The notes below the pieces were generated by a model, which made no database searches, was not told the DNA's origin, and saw only the letters and a list, made by a program, of their open reading frames with translations. A stretch of 58,104 bases of DNA, counting the filler, from Limisphaerales bacterium (GTDB taxonomy: Bacteria > Verrucomicrobiota > Verrucomicrobiia > Limisphaerales > SIBE01), in NCBI GenBank assembly GCA_044225505.1. It is 4 parts of 4 records of this genome, joined end to end, with 100 filler letters (N's around TTAATTAATTAA, not from the genome) between each part and the next. Parts side by side here need not be neighbours in the genome. Positions count along the whole stretch, not along the records: positions 44,749 to 58,104 come from JBGAIN010000201.1; 3 more parts are not named here. One strand, written 5' to 3'. Position numbers and translations under genes: made by a program. Within the stretch, counting starts at the first letter, position 1, and the number at the start of each line of letters is the position of its first letter. Below, in pieces: positions 50,740-58,104 of the stretch.

Positions 50740-51717
50740 TCAGGGGCCCACTCCCGAACGCGAGTCTGTTGGAGAACCCGACCCGATCGTCACACCCATC
50801 CGAATCGTGTCCAGCTGATTTGTCTGGAACCGGGTAAAGGCTTCAAATTGCCGCGGACTAAGGAATCGCTGCGCACGACTATAAATGTGCTGATTTACTC
50901 CGTCCTGCCGCTGCCAAATTCCTTCTCCTTGACGATTGTTGACAGTTCCAGTCAGGGCCGGTTCCGTCCCTGGCGGCGCGTAAGCAGTCACACCAAGGTT
51001 CTGGCGCGCCTCCTTGATTACCTCCAGCAACTGTTCCAACTGTTCGTCGGAGATGGTTTGGTCCGTCGAGTTCAGCTGTTGCCTGAAAAGATTTAGCCGC
51101 ATGCGATCTGGCACACTGGTCTGAAACGATCGATACTGCGCATACCGCTTTTCACCCACCAACTCCTTGATTTGCTGCTCAATACTCTGTTCGTCCGATG
51201 CCACGACGACCGCTCCGTTCTCCTTGTTCACGACGGCGTTCGTCAGGCTCATCCGGGGATCGCTCCCCTCGGACACTCCTACCACCTTATCCGTCAGGAG
51301 CTCCTTGAATTTCGCTGCTTCCGCAGGATTCATTTGCAGACTCTTGATGAGCGGCTCGTAGATCTGCCCCACCGTCGCCTCCTCCTTGTCCCGAATATAT
51401 CGCCTCGTCTCGGGGTCATCCATCATTTTGGCGAAAAAGCTGCCGAACTTGGTTTTGCCTTCGGAAGTCGAAGTCGAATTGGCCATTGGCGCGTTGCCCG
51501 GCCCAGGTGCCGTCGGAATCGCCGGCGACCCATTGGACGTCCCGTAGTTTTGCTCGGCAAGGTCGGATCCTCGCTTCGGGGCTTGTCCCCGGTCGACGCC
51601 TTGGCTCTCCGGCAAACTGACGGCACCGGTCCGCCTGGATCCATTCCATTGCCAAATCCCAAACGCCAGCAGCGCGCCCCCGCAAACAAGAACAATGATC
51701 ACGAGCTTCGTTTTCAT
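50740..51717 (-). CDS. Hypothetical membrane-anchored helical protein
   Basis: MKTKLVIIVLVCGGALLAFGIW anchor; helical C-terminal part (LSPRQFEAF..FQ). Confidence 0.7.
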   Translation of the reverse strand: MKTKLVIIVLVCGGALLAFGIWQWNGSRRTGAVSLPESQGVDRGQAPKRGSDLAEQNYGTSNGSPAIPTAPGPGNAPMANSTSTSEGKTKFGSFFAKMMDDPETRRYIRDKEEATVGQIYEPLIKSLQMNPAEAAKFKELLTDKVVGVSEGSDPRMSLTNAVVNKENGAVVVASDEQSIEQQIKELVGEKRYAQYRSFQTSVPDRMRLNLFRQQLNSTDQTISDEQLEQLLEVIKEARQNLGVTAYAPPGTEPALTGTVNNRQGEGIWQRQDGVNQHIYSRAQRFLSPRQFEAFTRFQTNQLDTIRMGVTIGSGSPTDSRSGVGP

Positions 51718-51962
51718 AGGCGACAACCTTGGTCTCTGAGTTGAGTGTGAGTCACCGTTTTGCGAGGGTCAACGCGTTTAAAGTGGTTCACGAGGACCGG
51801 CAAGTCCGCAAGAACGGTAAAGTTTTCCACAAGAACCGGGTAGTCCGTGCTTCGACTCTGCGATATACGAACACCAAGCATGCCGAGGCTGATGGAACGC
51901 CCCGGAAAAGGAAGAGCAAGAACGCCCTAGATGATTCCGAAGTATCGGAAACCCCAACACGC

Positions 51963-52679
51963 ATGAACTCGTTACTCGGGACGGATCAGAAACCGTCGAC
52001 CCCGGCTGCAGAGACCGCCATTCCGGTTCCCACACCCGAAAGTTCCTCCATCGCGCCAGCGTGCAGTTCTGTTCTAGGCACCGTCGACACGCTTTCCCCA
52101 ACCGAGAAAGTGCGCCTGCAAGCGTGCGAGTTAACAATTCAGGCCGGTTGGAAGACGTTCGTCGAGGTCGGGCAAGCTCTCGCCAGGATCCGCGATGAAG
52201 AACTCTATCGCGCTGAATTCAATGATTTCAAGAGCTATTATCAAACCAAATGGGAGTTTCAACACAGCAAGGTCTACTCGCTGATCAAGGCGGCCCAGGT
52301 GTATACTTCCATCTCAACACTCACAGACGTCCCGATGCCCGATTGCGAATCTCAGTTGCGCCCGCTGTTTGAATTGACTCCGCCTCAAGTCCAGCTTGCG
52401 TGGCAGTGCGCCGTGGGCAAAAGCGGTCCTCGGAAGGTCACCGGACGCTGTGTGAAAAGCGCGGTCAAAGAGCTGCAATTCTTGAACAAACCACCCACCG
52501 AACGCCAACCGGTGAAAAAATCCGAACAACGGCGCCAAGTCAGCTCGACGGTCGAAGAGCTCTTGATTCTCGTTGCACGGCAAGCGGCTTTTGATCTGCT
52601 AACGGAAAAGGTTGAAACGCTTCACAGGCAAATTCAGACACTTTTTGCTCCAGCCGTCCGACGTTCAAAAAAGAACTAG
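51963..52679 (+). CDS. Hypothetical helical, possibly DNA-associated protein of a type seen on mobile elements; start uncertain
   Basis: FVEVGQALARIRDEELYR..F..F..Y...KW.......Y.LI.AA.V and ESQLRPL motifs; its stop TAG is the first triplet of repeat copy 2. Confidence 0.6.
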   Translation: MNSLLGTDQKPSTPAAETAIPVPTPESSSIAPACSSVLGTVDTLSPTEKVRLQACELTIQAGWKTFVEVGQALARIRDEELYRAEFNDFKSYYQTKWEFQHSKVYSLIKAAQVYTSISTLTDVPMPDCESQLRPLFELTPPQVQLAWQCAVGKSGPRKVTGRCVKSAVKELQFLNKPPTERQPVKKSEQRRQVSSTVEELLILVARQAAFDLLTEKVETLHRQIQTLFAPAVRRSKKN

Positions 52680-52727
52680 GAGTCTGTTGAAGAATCAGCC
52701 TGGGCCCTGCGGGGAGGGATTCTGGCT
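52677..52727 (+). repeat. Dispersed repeat, copy 2
   Basis: 46/51 identical to 29422-29472. Confidence 0.75.
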
Positions 52728-52809
52728 GCCGCCAAGGCGGCGAGGCCCGAGCATCTCCGCAGCGGGCTGTGAGGGCCGAGATTCGTGCGGTAGCTGTGGA
52801 CCTGACGCC

Positions 52810-52852
52810 ATGTCCCAAAACCGAATCAACATGTCCCACCAGAGGAAAGACA
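52810..52852 (+). promoter_or_regulatory. Conserved upstream motif (21-bp-period repeat) before a PEP-CTERM gene
   Basis: ATGTCCCAAAA at 52810 and ATGTCCCACCAGAGGAAAGACA at 52831; 52832-52852 is identical to 53991-54011. Confidence 0.6.
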
Positions 52853-52982
52853 ACGGCGAGACTATCTGGCAACAATAGGACTTAGATGTAATCGGTGAGA
52901 TGTGCCAAGTCGGGGAGGAATGGCCAGGAATGCTGGCGATTAAGACCCGGAGAACTAATAAAATCAGAATTAATCGACAGCC

Positions 52983-53657
52983 ATGAACAGACTACACGCA
53001 CTCTTCTTGACAGCGGTAGCTTCCGCGACCATCGCGGTCCCAGCAAACGCGAGCCTGCTCTTCAACGGGGATTTTGAGACCCCGGATCAAGCACCCAACA
53101 CTCTTTTACCGTTTGGAACTCACATCGATGGCTGGACGGTTTTGGGTAGCGGCGTCAGTGTGAACATTCATCAAGTCCATCAGGCTTCCACGATTTGGCC
53201 TGGCAAGGCTCTTGACGATCAATTTGCGGATTTGTCAGGAAATCAAGGTGGCGGCAGCCTCATGAGCGATTCGTTCACCACAGTGCCAGGCCAGCTGTAT
53301 AAGATTTCGTTTCAGGCCTACAACGGCTCGCTGGTTTACAACCAAGGGCAGACTGGCGTCCCCTACACGGGCGATATTGTTTCAGTCTTCGCTGGCAATG
53401 GACCGGCCAAAGTCTTCACCAGCACAGATTTGCCTGCCGGGTCCGAAGCCATTCTAAACTATTTCTTCACGGCTCCGAGCACCAGCACACACCTGTTTCT
53501 GCAGGACTTGACCGGGGCCGATAGCAATGCCAACTGGATTGACAACGTCAGCCTGACGGCCGTGCCGGAAGCGTCGACCGTTCTCGCTGGTGCTCTCCTT
53601 TTGTTGCCGCTTGCCATGAGCGCACTCCGGATCGTGCGCAAGCAAAGCCTGGTTTGA
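52983..53657 (+). CDS. PEP-CTERM protein with DUF642-like domain
   Basis: Signal peptide; LLFNGDFETP..IDGWTV..DLSG..TVPGQLYKISF..IDNVSL; VPEASTVLAGALLLLPL...RK. Confidence 0.85.
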   Translation: MNRLHALFLTAVASATIAVPANASLLFNGDFETPDQAPNTLLPFGTHIDGWTVLGSGVSVNIHQVHQASTIWPGKALDDQFADLSGNQGGGSLMSDSFTTVPGQLYKISFQAYNGSLVYNQGQTGVPYTGDIVSVFAGNGPAKVFTSTDLPAGSEAILNYFFTAPSTSTHLFLQDLTGADSNANWIDNVSLTAVPEASTVLAGALLLLPLAMSALRIVRKQSLV

Positions 53658-53674
53658 GACTGACACAGCTTTCT

Positions 53675-53715
53675 AAAACAAAAAGGCCGGCTTTTTCAGC
53701 CGGCCTTTTTGTTTT
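53675..53715. terminator. Rho-independent terminator (possibly bidirectional)
   Basis: AAAACAAAAAGGCCGGCT-ttttc-AGCCGGCCTTTTTGTTTT. Confidence 0.85.
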
Positions 53716-53969
53716 CCAAGGTGCTGCTTTAAGATGATGTAGAGTGCAGCCTCGAGGGATTCTGAGAACGGTCAAAGCGCCAAGCCCCGTGCATCCTCAA
53801 AGCGAGATGTGTATCGGTCCAGTAAGTATGCCACAACATTCGTCGCGTTCGCAGTCGTTAGACCAACGACTCTTCCTCCGGCCGACTCAACGACTGCCAC
53901 TGCACGTCTTTAGATCGAAAGCAGCCGATCGCTAACACCCTGCCCTTACCCGTCGGACGCTTCATCCTG

Positions 53970-54011
53970 GGTCCCAAAAGCGATATAAGTTGTCCCACCA
54001 GAGGAAAGACA
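53970..54011 (+). promoter_or_regulatory. Conserved upstream motif (21-bp-period repeat) before a PEP-CTERM gene
   Basis: GTCCCAAAA at 53971 and GTCCCACCAGAGGAAAGACA at 53992. Confidence 0.6.
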
Positions 54012-54096
54012 GGCACACCCACTCTACGGTAGATTAGCGACTGCGGTGGTCGGTTTATTGAATTAGCATACGCAAACAACCAACAAAAGGAGCAAC

Positions 54097-54825
54097 TTGA
54101 GAAAGTTATCAATATTGGGGATGGTGGCGGGGCTTTTAGCCGCCTCCTTTGCAGCGAAGGCCGATTTGGTCTTCAACGGCAGTTTCGAGGATCTGAGTAG
54201 CACGTTCGTTCCCGGAGTAGATGCGGGCACGATGAGTCTGCCAAACGGTTCGACAGCGATTCCAGGGTGGCAAGTGCTGAACGTATTCGGCGGCGACATT
54301 GCTTGGCAGAAGTCTTCCGACGTCGCTGGCGGCAACCCTTGGGGGCTCAAAGCTTCTCAAGGAAATATGTTCATCGACCTAACTGGGTATTCCAACGACA
54401 GTGGCAGCCCATTCAAGGGTGGTATTCAACTCGCCACAACCATCCCTACGACGATCGGACAAACCTATCGTTTGACCTTCGACTTAGGGAGCTCGCTCGC
54501 GTATGACCCCGGAGTAAATCCGGTCGTCCTGGTATCCGTGACCGGCAATCCAGCCGTGCAAGGCTTCACAGGCAACGGCAGCCTGCCCGATGCTGGAGGG
54601 TTTGCCAATCACTGGGAAAATAAGACATACCTGTTCACCGCGGTCGGCACCTCCACCACCCTGTCGTTCACAGGTGCGACCCCAGGGACCGAGCATGTCC
54701 TTCTGCTCGACAACGTCAGCCTGACAGCGGTTCCTGAGGCTTCTACAGTCCTCGCCGGTGTCCTGCTGCTCCTGCCGCTGGCCGTCAGCGCAGTTCGTAT
54801 TGTCCGGAAGAATACGCTCGACTAA
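54097..54825 (+). CDS. PEP-CTERM protein with DUF642-like domain (TTG start)
   Basis: AAGGAG RBS; LVFNGSFED..IPGWQV..IDLTG..TIGQTYRLTFDL..LLDNVSL; VPEASTVLAGVLLLLPL...RK. Confidence 0.85.
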   Translation: MRKLSILGMVAGLLAASFAAKADLVFNGSFEDLSSTFVPGVDAGTMSLPNGSTAIPGWQVLNVFGGDIAWQKSSDVAGGNPWGLKASQGNMFIDLTGYSNDSGSPFKGGIQLATTIPTTIGQTYRLTFDLGSSLAYDPGVNPVVLVSVTGNPAVQGFTGNGSLPDAGGFANHWENKTYLFTAVGTSTTLSFTGATPGTEHVLLLDNVSLTAVPEASTVLAGVLLLLPLAVSAVRIVRKNTLD

Positions 54826-54849
54826 GGATTCGTCCTTCCTTTCAAACGC

Positions 54850-54881
54850 AAAAGCCGGCTTCCTGGCCGGCTTTTTTCTTT
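54850..54881 (+). terminator. Rho-independent terminator
   Basis: AAAAGCCGGC-ttcctg-GCCGGCTTTTTTCTTT. Confidence 0.85.
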
Positions 54882-55084
54882 CTCTCACCCGAGCACCGCG
54901 TCCGTATTCGACATTTCCGACCCGACAACAAATCCTGACGCGGACCCTCCTGGCAAACTGATCAATCCTTCAGGCCAATGCCACCGCGGAAATGCATGAC
55001 CCGCTAACGGAAACAAGGCAACGCTTGCACTCCACGGTTACTCGTTTGTCGTCGTGCGCTCTCCCCAGTGCGACAGGTAAGTCT

Positions 55085-55552
55085 CTACACCTCAATATTT
55101 TGTCCACAATTGAGCGGCGTGTAGAACGATCGATCCAACGCAATCAAAGAGGCCACAGCACCGTCAAACCAGTCTTTGAGCGCAGGCGACATTTCTACGC
55201 TGTCGCGCGTATTGGGAAATCTCAGTTCGACGTAAAACTGCCTCACTCCCGTCTCAGAACCCTGCCACCCCCAATTCGCCCGAGTCCCAGCGTCACGAAT
55301 GCAACTGCGAACCTGTTGATCGAGCACTTCGGGTTTGCAACTCCAAAGTGATTCAACGGCGGCCAGGAACTCGTTGCGTAAACGCAGTTCAATGAATGGG
55401 GTCGCGTCGTGCCCCGCGAGAGAGCCCTCCGGTCCAAAATGACCCTCACAAATGCCAGCGAGTTCGAAGCAGCTTAGTCTGTTGAGGCAGAGCATCCAAG
55501 CTTCATCCAGGTTCCTGTCAAAACCAGCTCTCAAATGCTTTCCCGAACTCAT
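55085..55552 (-). CDS. Hypothetical protein
   Basis: 155-aa ORF filling an intergenic gap, purine-rich upstream sequence; no recognisable motif. Confidence 0.4.
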   Translation of the reverse strand: MSSGKHLRAGFDRNLDEAWMLCLNRLSCFELAGICEGHFGPEGSLAGHDATPFIELRLRNEFLAAVESLWSCKPEVLDQQVRSCIRDAGTRANWGWQGSETGVRQFYVELRFPNTRDSVEMSPALKDWFDGAVASLIALDRSFYTPLNCGQNIEV

Positions 55553-55620
55553 TCCTTCGTCCCTTTTTTAGAGGCTTGGCTATAGCAAATCGACGCCATT
55601 GAAACAAGGTTAATTGGCGT

Positions 55621-55655
55621 GGATGGCCAGATCATGTACTAGGATGGCCCACCAG
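55621..55655 (+). promoter_or_regulatory. Variant of the 21-bp-period motif before a PEP-CTERM gene
   Basis: GGATGGCC at 55621 and 55642; the second copy reads ATGGCCCACCAG vs ATGTCCCACCAG at 52831. Confidence 0.5.
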
Positions 55656-55746
55656 CCGATAGCAGTACCGAACGCGTTATGTAAGTATTGCTACGTATTC
55701 ACGTGATACGCGTTATCACGTATCGCGCCTTGAACCTTAATCCTTT

Positions 55747-56463
55747 ATGCGAAACGATTCTCTCGTTCCAACCAGACTGACGTTGGCCGCCTTGACCGCC
55801 ATCGGATCGATCGGTGCTCACGCAGCCTACGTGCCCTACGGCGTGCAACAAAATGTGTCTGTCGCGACTGTGACCGGGGCATGGGGCTGGCAAATAGCCT
55901 TCTCCAACGATTATTCGACAGGCGACACCCCGATCTCCACCGTTTTTGCCAATGTCCCGGCCGGGAGTTACGTGATGTACGCAGCTCGACCCGTTGGCGC
56001 CGAGAACTACACCTTGCTGGCCGCCGCGCCACTGGCCGCCGCGCAGACTTACACCTCTTTGGACACCACAACGACGGCTAACGGTGCGCAATGGTATTAC
56101 AATGGGTATTCGATGGGGTTTGCCGGTTTGGGCGATACCATCTTCCAGGACTCGGCCGACCTCACGGACTCTTCGCTCGACAACCACCAGGGCTTGAACG
56201 GAAACCTTCGCCTGAGCTGGCACACCTCAGCCTATCCAGGGTTTGACTATGATCAGGATGATACGCTCCTTCCGGTTGAGTTGGAGCAAGGTTGGCGAGC
56301 TGGCTATGCCGATTTCTTAAATGACAACCCGAATTGGGAGCGCGTGGTTCTATACGCCCCCGTGCCCGAGACTCCCACATACCTGAGCGGGCTCGTATTG
56401 ACTATCCCCTTTGGCATCTACGGGCTTCGCCAACTGCGAAGACGCCCAATAGTCTCAGCGTAA
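55747..56463 (+). CDS. PEP-CTERM-like sorting domain protein
   Basis: Signal peptide; WYYNGYSMGFA..RLSWHT..GWRAG domain; VPETPTYLSGLVLTIPFGIYGLRQLRRR. Confidence 0.82.
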   Translation: MRNDSLVPTRLTLAALTAIGSIGAHAAYVPYGVQQNVSVATVTGAWGWQIAFSNDYSTGDTPISTVFANVPAGSYVMYAARPVGAENYTLLAAAPLAAAQTYTSLDTTTTANGAQWYYNGYSMGFAGLGDTIFQDSADLTDSSLDNHQGLNGNLRLSWHTSAYPGFDYDQDDTLLPVELEQGWRAGYADFLNDNPNWERVVLYAPVPETPTYLSGLVLTIPFGIYGLRQLRRRPIVSA

Positions 56464-56635
56464 TTGATCATCTTGTGCGCGGTGGCCAGGTTAACGCGCC
56501 CCTCGCAGAAGCGAAGATTTAGCGTCGGCGAAGCGACGTCTTCAACAGAGTCCGAGGATTCCAAGGCCGAAGTGCGTTATCGAATTCCAAGATTGCGCCC
56601 CTTCGATTGCCTTGACGATCGCTCTTAAAACAGCT

Positions 56636-56677
56636 GAGCCGGTGAACTTCACCTTCTCAGATGACGCTCACCGGCTC
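56636..56677. terminator. Possible hairpin terminator between convergent genes
   Basis: 10-bp inverted repeat GAGCCGGTGA / TCACCGGCTC with a long loop; weak U-tract on the minus strand. Confidence 0.35.
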
Positions 56678-56724
56678 GAAAGTTAAATCGCCTGGACTGA
56701 ATGCCTAAAGTCCGAACGGACTTC

Positions 56725-57384
56725 TCAGTTTCGGCTGCGGAACGCTCGCAAACCCTGCAAACCGAACGGGAGCAGCAATAGGAGTCCGGCCAAGACAGTA
56801 GTTGGCTCAGGCACGGGAGTGACGCTCGCAGCGAATGAATAAAGGCGGTTTTGGGGGTAAATCGGAAAATCGCCTGATCCGAGGGTAATCGTGCTTGCCA
56901 ACGTCGGCGCTGGACCTGTTGGGTAGCTCAAGATATCCGTTCCGAGTGCCGTGATATCTACTGGCACTCCTTGTCCAGCAAAGCCGATTCGATCGCCGGC
57001 CTGGACCGCGAACGGTGCGACGGGAAACGTCTCGATACCGCTTGCAGCGACGGCAGGAACGATTAGTGGGGCGCTGCTAAAGACGACGGTGAACTCGTTG
57101 GGGTTGCCAGTCGGACGCAGAACGTAAGCCGTAAACGTATTCCCCGCCGATGCAAAGGGACTTCCGCCTGGTTCCAGTTGATTGAACGTCTTAAAACTCT
57201 CGAGAGTGCCGTTTGGAAGAACCGCGTCCGGCATTACGAGGATGGGTGCTGTCCCACCTAGTCCGACCGGGTAATCGGAGGCATACGTGCGTCCGATCAA
57301 ATCGTTACCAAAATCGAGCGAGGCATGCGCGCTTGACGCGAAGCTTGCGACCACCAACCCAAGGATCAAAGCAGTTCTGTTCAT
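56725..57384 (-). CDS. PEP-CTERM sorting domain protein
   Basis: MNRTALILGLVVASFASSAHA signal; VPEPTTVLAGLLLLLPFGLQGLRAFRSRN. Confidence 0.88.
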   Translation of the reverse strand: MNRTALILGLVVASFASSAHASLDFGNDLIGRTYASDYPVGLGGTAPILVMPDAVLPNGTLESFKTFNQLEPGGSPFASAGNTFTAYVLRPTGNPNEFTVVFSSAPLIVPAVAASGIETFPVAPFAVQAGDRIGFAGQGVPVDITALGTDILSYPTGPAPTLASTITLGSGDFPIYPQNRLYSFAASVTPVPEPTTVLAGLLLLLPFGLQGLRAFRSRN

Positions 57385-57435
57385 ACTAAATCTAGTTAGA
57401 CCGTTCGGCGTTCTCAACGGAATGTGTCGATAAAT

Positions 57436-58086
57436 CTAGCAGCAGAATCGACGTAAGCTCTTCCGCGCATGGACCCCGAAAACTATCAGCACGAAAAGAC
57501 CAGCGGCATAAGTCGAAGGTTCAGGAACGGTCGAGAACGTCCCGGCAGCAAACGTGGGAAGCGGATACGACCCGTGATTCAATCCGGTCAATGTTGCTCC
57601 CAAAGATCCAGGAGAATTGTTCCAGATGGCTTCGTTTTCCAAGGTCAACGCTCCGCCCAGCGTATTAAAACCGATCGTCGTGGGACTGACATTGTTGTTT
57701 CCGTCCTGGTCCACAATGGCGACGATGGCATAATGCCCAAGGCCCAGGGTGACGTTACTCGGAAGCTGCACCCATTTTGCCCCTCCGATGGTAGCCCCTG
57801 AGCTAGGCACGCTTTGCAGTGTTCCACTGACGAGTTGCCATGTTCCACCGGGACCGCCGGACGTGTTTTCGTAAATGCCGACGGGCAACGAAGTGCTGCT
57901 CGAATAGGCGCCGGCGAAAACACCCACTGCGTCAACAGTGATTGGCGAGTTGACCTGAAAATCGTTTCCCAAAATCCAAGGGCCGGACTGGTTCACCGTC
58001 GTGGCCGAGTAGTCAAAGACAATGTCGGCCTTAGCCGAAAAGGAGAGCGAGGCTAAAGCGACAGCGATAGCAAACGATAACTTCAC
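57436..58086 (-). CDS. PEP-CTERM sorting domain protein (DUF4082-like passenger; GTG start)
   Basis: Signal KLSFAIAVALASLSFSAKA; LGNDFQVNSPITVDAVGVF; VPEPSTYAAGLFVLIVFGVHARKSLRR. Confidence 0.85.
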   Translation of the reverse strand: MKLSFAIAVALASLSFSAKADIVFDYSATTVNQSGPWILGNDFQVNSPITVDAVGVFAGAYSSSTSLPVGIYENTSGGPGGTWQLVSGTLQSVPSSGATIGGAKWVQLPSNVTLGLGHYAIVAIVDQDGNNNVSPTTIGFNTLGGALTLENEAIWNNSPGSLGATLTGLNHGSYPLPTFAAGTFSTVPEPSTYAAGLFVLIVFGVHARKSLRRFCC

Positions 58087-58104
58087 TGACCGGCTGAGTG
58101 ATTT

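Noticed and set aside
55701..55721. ACGTGATA-N5-TATCACGT inverted repeat before a PEP-CTERM gene
   Set aside because: Single occurrence, not seen before the other PEP-CTERM genes; function cannot be supported

Overview
This window is four assembly contigs (1-14750, 14851-30100, 30201-44648, 44749-58104) joined by artificial N44-TTAATTAATTAA-N44 linkers, so neighbourhoods across linkers are not biological. Gene content (ASPIC/UnbV-FG-GAP proteins, a planctomycete-type cytochrome c domain, a PVC-type dehydrogenase, a prepilin-like protein, an LLLLP-type PEP-CTERM variant, ...FYRL C-termini) points to a Verrucomicrobiota genome, probably subdivision 3/Pedosphaerales-like (inference). Contig 1: FG-GAP/CRTAC1/TPR cluster with two CxxCH proteins, a large Ig/PA14 surface protein and a degenerate ApbE. 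Contig 2: metabolic/secreted genes, an octaheme DmsE/MtrA-like lipoprotein beside a cytochrome c-fused MtrB-like beta-barrel (split by two 1-nt indels), yciF and a 203-bp MITE. Contig 3: flagellar cluster fliA-motAB-flgFGAHIJNKL (flgK has one in-frame TAG), followed by the most striking candidate: a translationally coupled pair in which a membrane protein carries both PmoC/AmoC-type copper-site motifs with matching spacing and its partner has a PmoB-like layout with a predicted N-terminal His, suggesting a divergent copper membrane monooxygenase-like or copper-handling system. Contig 4: six PEP-CTERM genes and other secreted proteins, with a shared 21-bp-period ATGTCC upstream motif suggesting a regulon. 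All calls come from reading motifs by eye; no searches were run.
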